A program made the position numbers and the translations under genes. Shown here piece by piece: positions 56,477 through 64,000 of a stretch of 64,000 nt of DNA; within the stretch, counting starts at the first letter, position 1; each line of letters begins with the position of its first letter. The notes beneath the pieces are model-generated. The model worked only from the letters and a program-made list of their open reading frames with translations, searched no databases and was not told where the DNA came from. The stretch comes from the human T2T-CHM13v2.0 reference genome, Homo sapiens, in assembly GCF_009914755.1 (NCBI RefSeq), contig NC_060945.1. One strand, written 5' to 3'.

Positions 56477-56667
56477 TCATCTTGTTAAATTGCTGATTTT
56501 GTTGGCTAATGCCTTCAATGCCTCTACTCATAACCTTTATTGTCTTCATCATGTACAGAAAGAATTAGCCTCTTATTCTATAATTATCAAGTTCTCAGTT
56601 TGTCTTTGTCCCCAAATACTGGCTGGCAGGCTTCATCTGAAAAACTGTAATTGGAGAACTAGCTCAA

Positions 56668-56692
56668 AATAAATCTTGAAATACACATTAAA
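56668..56692 (+). terminator. Poly(A) signals of KRTAP13-1 (AATAAA 56668-56673; ATTAAA 56687-56692)
   Basis: ~190-215 nt downstream of the stop. Confidence 0.7.
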
Positions 56693-57920
56693 AGTAGAAT
56701 TTATATTATTCGATTTTCTTCCACAATTGTATAAAAAGTCAAATCATTTTAATCCAATAAATCCATTGGTCTCATATTCAGCTATGTTTGTGGTGGTTTT
56801 ATATTGCTAGGGTTTTGGTTGTGATGTATTAGGCAATTATTATGAAACAATTGGTGTATATATATAGGAATAGGTTTCAAAATCATATGAAGTTTGCGAT
56901 TCAGACAAACTTTTGGGGGCCTCAGAGATTTTTGTTATTCAAACTACAGGTAGTGGAAGTCTACTAAATTTACAGACTTTTATTCATTAAAATATCAGAA
57001 TCAGGAATTAGCTTGATCCCCTTATAAAATGTGGATTCTTGTGTCTATGCCAACAAGCATAAGGTAGCAAACTAGTTGATAGTTATATCAGGAATCTGCA
57101 GAGAAAAAAATACTATTTAGAACAATATGGTTATAGATATACATAAAAGAAAAATGGAATTGAAGAGAAACAAAAGTGATTTGAAGTAACTTTTGAAGTC
57201 ACCCAATATTTGTTGGTAATCATGATCAAATGCCTGCATCTCATTGATGAGAATTCAATATGATTCAGTTATCTACATATGTGTAATAAGGGATACCATG
57301 AAACTTGAATGGAGGATTGATATTCCACCTTGGTTTGTATTCATGTTTCACACTAAGTAAAGCTGAAGATAATAACCTTTTGATATCATCAGAAGTGATA
57401 ATTTAATTCACATCTGAGCATAAAATTAGGGAAATGTTATTTCTCTTTTTTGTGGTAGCATTCTTTGTTTTCTCAGGCAAAGCAGTTCCAGAAACAGGTG
57501 TGAAGATAAATAGATTTCAATAAGGAACCTAAAGTTGAGAAGAAAAAAAGAGCTCAAACAACGTTCAATAACTATTCCCATGCATTATTCCTTTAGACAA
57601 CAGCTGTTAGAGAAAGAGATCCATTATACATGTAAATGATGTTAAATGTAAAAATATGGAGACACAAAGATGATAAGGAATGTACAGGGAAACTTATTGT
57701 ACGATATCTTGAAGGAGCTGCAAATTTTTGACTTGCAAAGACAGAAATATCGGAGGGGAGAAGTCTGGGAAGATTACACGCAATAAGCAAAGCAGAAGGG
57801 GCTGAAAGTCTTTGTGTATTCAAGGAATTATTGGAAATTTAGCTCAGTTACAATGCAAAGTGATTTAATATGGTGTGGTAATGACAAACATGTTCATTCA
57901 AACTACTAACACAGTCTTGA

Positions 57921-58321
<401 letters not shown>

Positions 58322-58440
58322 TGATTAGGTATAAATTATTAGGTTCATACCTAAGGTTAAATAAGTTAAAATCAAATGCTTACAAATGAAAAAACAATTT
58401 ATAATTAATGTCTTTTGTTTAGAAAATCTAGACAAGGAAA

Positions 58441-58568
58441 ATACATGTGAAAATATTCAGAAATTATGAGTGTCAACATCTAAGAAAGGTCTTGATATAT
58501 AAACATACATGTGAAAATATTTAGAAATTACCAGGGCCAAAATCTAAGAAAGGTGTTGATAAATAAAC
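58441..58568. repeat. 64-bp tandem duplication (2 diverged copies)
   Basis: atacatgtgaaaatatt(c/t)agaaatta...atctaagaaaggt(c/g)ttgata.ataaac at 58441 and 58505. Confidence 0.85.
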
Positions 58569-58999
58569 AAGCAGAAAGCCATGGAATTCATGACTACTTT
58601 TAGAATAGGAATGTTGTCAAATCCAAAAGAGAGGCTGAAGTTCAGCTCCAAATCATTTCAGTGCTTAAGTTAAGAGGATATAGGAATACCAGGGTTCTTG
58701 TTCTATCCTTCCAAAATCAAATTTAAATTCTTCCAGGAGGAGGATAACATCACAGTGAGCTCTAAATTATTTCTTTATATAGATAAATTTAGATACAAAT
58801 GTAAATATAGATACCTATTTATATATAGATATAGATACCATTGCAGATATAGTTATATCTAGATACACATGAAGACGCAGATATAGTCTAGTACCCAACA
58901 AAAATTTACCAGGCTTCAGAAGTTAAAAAATTATTAAATCCAAAATATAGATATATGTAGCAGAATTAGGCTTACAAGAGCTTCAGTAAATGAAAATAT

Positions 59000-61900
59000 T
59001 AGACATAAATGTTAAATAACTACACTTGACATGCTTAGGGAATAAAAAGATAGATGAAAAATTTTGGCAGAGTACTGAAGTATATTAAAAGAACCAAAAA
59101 CAGATTTTAAAATTAAAAAATGTGATAAATTAAAATATTGAATTGGTGAACGGATTAAAACAAAATTAAACATGGCTAAAGAGATAATTAGTTATTGTTC
59201 ACTAGAATATATACAAACAAAAAAAATAAAGGAAAATTATTAAAATATTTAAAGGAGTTTCAGAGACTATGGAACATGTGAAACAGTCTAACATAGTTGC
59301 TGCTAGAGTCCTAAAACAAAATTATGTGTCTCTGTGTGTGTGTGTGTGTGTGTACATATGGCTAGAAATAAGTCCACATATCACTAAATCTAAGAGAAGT
59401 CATATGTAATAAAAACAGATTCACAGGGGATCCAAAGATAATTTTTGAATAGAGGAAATATCAAATCCATATATTCAAGAACTACTAAAAATCCCATGCA
59501 TGATAAATATGAAGACAAGCCCATAACTAGGCATATTGGAATCTCACTGAGGAACAGGAAAGAAAAAGAGAAAAACTTAAAGCAGCCAGAGGTGGGAAAA
59601 AAATTTAAAAAGAAATTTACCTTCATCAAAGCAACTGGGATTAAAAGCTAAATTTTAAACAGAAAAGAAAAAATATAAGAAAACAAATACATGTCCTCAA
59701 ATATTAAAAAAATTCAAAAGTAGAGTAATATGACCAATAAATGTCTGTTTTAAAAATGGAAGAGAAATGGAGGATGTACAAAAGCACCTTTTATGTTTAG
59801 GCAATGTTTGGACAGTTAATTTACAATAAACAGAGAATAACTAGGGCTAGACCTTTATAATGGTTATTCATTACTCCATCATTTTGAAACTCATCATTTT
59901 GAGTGTTTAGTGACAATAATCCTAGGTTTCACCTCCACTTATTCATTTTACTGGGACAAATTTATGATTGATAATTCTCTTTCCAGGTTTTCTGCTTATT
60001 CTAAGTAATTTTGCATATATAATAAAATAAACCTTTTTACCCATCACTATTATATACCGAAATTTAATATGATATTATTTAGATAATATAACTTTTGGCA
60101 GCAGCAAATCTTGGTAGCTCAAATCAACCCTATCAATAAGATCCCTAGTAAAACTGAATAAAACAATCCTCATATAAACTCTAGAGCACACTCAGGCTAA
60201 GAACTGCTGGAACAAAATTAGGAGACGGTTTAAATCAAAGGAAGTGTTGACAGTTAAGCTGCTTTCTTCCCAGAATTGTTCATTGATTTAAAAAAAAAAG
60301 GATATTAATGGGCTCATGGCTTGAATGACCACAAGCAATCAGACTACAGGACCTTCTAAGGACCTGGGAACACACGTGAACATGCTAAGTTTTTGGTAAG
60401 GATCTTAAATAGTCTATCAGAATTTTTAAGAGCAAGCATATATAGAATATGTTTCATAGAAACTGAAGCCAACCTTTGAACTGCATTGATCTTGGTGATA
60501 TGGGAGTGTTAGTAACATTATCCCAGCATGCTATATCCAAAGTAAATTTGTCTGCAAATAAAACCACTCAAACTCTCAAATTGCCTATGGTAATTAATTA
60601 AAAATGACCAATTCTATAAAAAAGCAAGATATGACCAAGCCAAGAGACAATACAGAGTGCAAATAAATCCACAAGAGATGAAGGTATTAGAATATACAGA
60701 AAAACAATTGTGGTTATTATTGTTCTTAAAAAATTTAAGACAAATTTAAGAATTTTGACAGAATACCATTATCTATATAACTAAACACAAAAATATTAAA
60801 AATATAAAATACAATAATTAGAATGAACAAATCTAAAACAATTCCAATGGCAAACTAAAATACTAAACACTCTGAAACTATAGACCAACCTCCCCACTAG
60901 ATGAAATATAGACTATAATAAAGAGCACTGATCAGAGAGTGGCAGGATCTGGTTGCAGTTTAGACAAATTGGAAGTGGAATCAAGCTGATTGAATTTGGT
61001 AACGGTGCTTGTTTAACTCAATTAATTGAGGAATTTTACTGAGAAGCTCTTTACCTTTCTAAAATGCACAAGGAAGGGATTATATTCTCTGGAAAATGAT
61101 AAAAATATTTGCAGATGTATATTTGTGTGTATGTATGCATGCACACACAAATGTATGGGTGTATAAATAGTAATATTTATATGCCACAAGCCACAGCTTT
61201 TCTATGCCTATAATGCAATAAAACATTACAAGATACTTGAAAAGGCATGTAAATGTTAGCCAAAGGAAAACATTTAATAGAAGAAAATTCACATTTAATA
61301 AAAACACTAGAATTACCAAGCATTGACTGTAAAATGACTATGATATTTGAATGATTTAAGAAAATATTAAGATAATTGATAAACTTTAAGATATGAAAAT
61401 AATAAAAAGTAATCCAATGAATATCCCCAAACAGAAAGATAAAAGTTTTAAATAAAATGTATCGGATAGAATGAAGAAAATATTTGACAAGACAGTAACA
61501 AAGATAAATAAACTTGAAAATAAATTTTTTAGAAAAGATTATCTAAGTACACAAAGAAATTGAGAATGAAAAATGAGACAGAGTAAGTTATTAAAGACTT
61601 GCTGAAAAACATTAAGCAATTTAAAAATTATGTAACAGAAGTCCCAGCAGAAGTGGGCCAGAAAAAAGCATAGAAAAGCTATTAGTCAAAATGTTGCGTT
61701 TTTGACAAAAATACCACAACAGCGAGCAAGCAACAACAACAAAAATCCCTTCAACCCCCAGATCCAAGGATCTTGGGATTTTGAAATCAGAATAAAGATA
61801 AAGAAATTCAGACTTAGGCATACAATAATTAATTCATGAAAATGAAATAAAGAGAAGTTCTTAAAAGTAGCCAGAATTTTATAAACTACACATTTTTTAG

Positions 61901-62050
61901 AGAAATAGCAATAAGAATTATAGCTAATTTACAGCATAAATATTGAAAGTTAGAAAAAAATGGAATGATAGCTTTGAAAGGCTGAAAAAGAAAAATAATC
62001 AACCTAGAATTTGATGACAGTTAAATATATCCTTCAAAAATGAAGGAAAA
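59000..62050 (+). mobile_element. Heavily decayed ancient L1M ORF1-region fragments
   Basis: A-rich with L1 ORF1-like motifs (aaaacttaaagcagccagagg, tggaatgatagctttgaaaggctgaaa...caacctagaattt...atccttcaaaaatgaagg). Confidence 0.55.
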
Positions 62051-63847
62051 AAACCCATAAATTTTAAATCTGCACAAATTATTGATAAAATAAGTAATTT
62101 GACCAAGGCTGATTGGTAATAAATTGATCAGCAATTTTTAGAAGAAGTGGGTAAAGCTGCAAAAATAAGTTGTATAGTCTCTGGACAGCACCCCTCAGAT
62201 CTGAAATAATTCAATCTATACATCAGGGATGCAAATCCACAAACCAGAAAATGGCAAGCCAATATTTTCACAATGAAAAGCACACAAATTTTGAAATTTT
62301 CTATTTTCACAATGTTGACAAATAATTCATCTTTTATGCTTAAATGAAAAATCAAACTACCCCTGGATGCCTACACTGTACAGACCTTACCAATAGAATC
62401 TTGGGGCTGGATTAACCAGGATCTGGTTGCATATCAAGTCTCTATTCTCATACCCCCACATCATTCACACAATAATACAAGTGTAGAAATAGAGATTAGA
62501 ATAAAATGAAACAGATGTGTCTACAAGCCTCTTTGATTGGTGCAGAGAACATGAACTAGAATTCTATAATTTTTCAGAACAAATTGGTTAACTTTCTACT
62601 CTTAGCTAAGAGTAGTTTTGCTCTCTATTCATCATGTGGCTACCCTAATGTTTTGCCATGAAGACTATTTTGAAGAAGTGTTTCAAAAACAGAAAGAATG
62701 GAGAAGGCTAAGACATTTAACCTTACTGAAGGAAATGGAGGAGAAATTAATTCTGCTTTGGAATATAAAAACAAAATTTTTTTTTCAGATAATTATATAA
62801 ATTTTGTGCAGTTACTGACTCCTTTTTTCTCTATGCTTCTTTTAAAATTGAACTACTTGATTTTATTGATCTTCACAAAACCTAAATTTGACTCTGTTGA
62901 TTTTCTGTTTTATGTTTGACTTCTATTTAATTGGCTTCTGTTCTTGCCGTCATAATTTTCCACCTTTATAATTTCAGACATTTCTTTTGGCTTAAATTGC
63001 TATTTTTTTTTCCTAGCATCCTCAAATAAAGTACTGAAAATTTGATTTCAAGCTTTTTAATATTCTCATTAAAATCTAAAATTTTCCTTCTAAACAGTTA
63101 AATCTCTCAAATTTTACTGCATTTTATCATCAGTATCATGTATTTCAAAATATTGTCTAATTTCCATTGTGGTATTTCTTTCTTTAACGTTTGAATTATT
63201 ACAAATGGCATTGATTAATTTACAATTGTATGAGATTTTTTAAGTTAAACACCAGAAATTAATTTGTCTTACATCTGCTTATATTTTACCCTTTAAAAAG
63301 TGTATTGCCAGTGCTCAACTGAATAATAGCTCACATTTAAAGTCTGATGCCAGCACCTGTGATAGATTTCATTTTAACAAATTTTCTTTTCAAAATAAAA
63401 TTTGCATGATTTAAGGGTAATAAACTTTTTAACCCTGGAATAATGTGGTGGCTTGTTATCTATTCATTTTCTAATGTTATTTTCTTGTGTATTTGTGGTA
63501 TTAAAATTAAAGATCTATAGTTCTCTGTGAATGAGCTTTGTATACAAAGCCTTAACCGATATCCTCAGAGTTTTTAACTCTCTTAAAGTAATAATTTCCC
63601 AGTAGTTCAGAATTTGACAGTGAAGCATTCTCTGACTAAACACCTCAGGAGCAGAGAAGAGCTTAATTCACTCCATGAACCATTGCCCATGTGTTGCTGC
63701 TAACAGGAGGAGGGAACAAAGAAGCTGTACAAGCACCAGGAATACATAGAGCAGGGTGACACTTCAGGCTTATATGACATGGCTCACATTAAGCAAAACA
63801 AACAGAGAACTCATGTTTGTAAAATTGAGAAAAGATTGCTTATGAGC

Positions 63848-64000
63848 TTTTTTCGTTTTCTTTTTCTTTTTTTTTTGAGATGGAGTTTTGTTCTTGTTGC
63901 GCAGGCTGGAGTGCAATGGCGCGATCTAAGCTTACCGCAATCTCTGCCTACTGGGTTCAAGCGATTCTCCTGCCTTAGCCTCTCGTGTAGCTGGGATTAC
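63848..64000 (-). mobile_element. Alu (partial, runs off the window)
   Basis: Poly-T + gagatggagttttgttcttgttgc...gctgggattac. Confidence 0.93.

Overview
Human (primate) genomic DNA from the chromosome 21q22.11 hair keratin-associated protein (KRTAP) cluster. It contains three single-exon, Cys/Ser/Gly-rich genes: KRTAP23-1 (minus, 65 aa), KRTAP13-2 (minus, 175 aa) and KRTAP13-1 (plus, 172 aa). It also contains a decayed KRTAP13/PMG-family pseudogene (minus, ~16.4-16.8 kb, probably KRTAP13-6P) and the MIR4327 hairpin. The rest is AT-rich intergenic DNA dense in Alu, L1, L2/MIR, MaLR/ERV LTRs and DNA-transposon relics; most ORF-track entries are repeat-derived noise. The main observation is that KRTAP23-1 is a broken full-length KRTAP13 paralogue. 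A 1-bp insertion and an adjacent TGC>TGA change truncate it, yet the remaining 134 codons are still open, and a newly created ATG lies 7 nt after the annotated stop. Its TATA box has also decayed to TGTAAA. KRTAP13-1 keeps a vestige of a lost C-terminus behind its stop. I found no evidence for a wholly new multi-gene system. Gene names and repeat subfamilies are from recognition, not a database search, and repeat boundaries are approximate unless a TSD is given.
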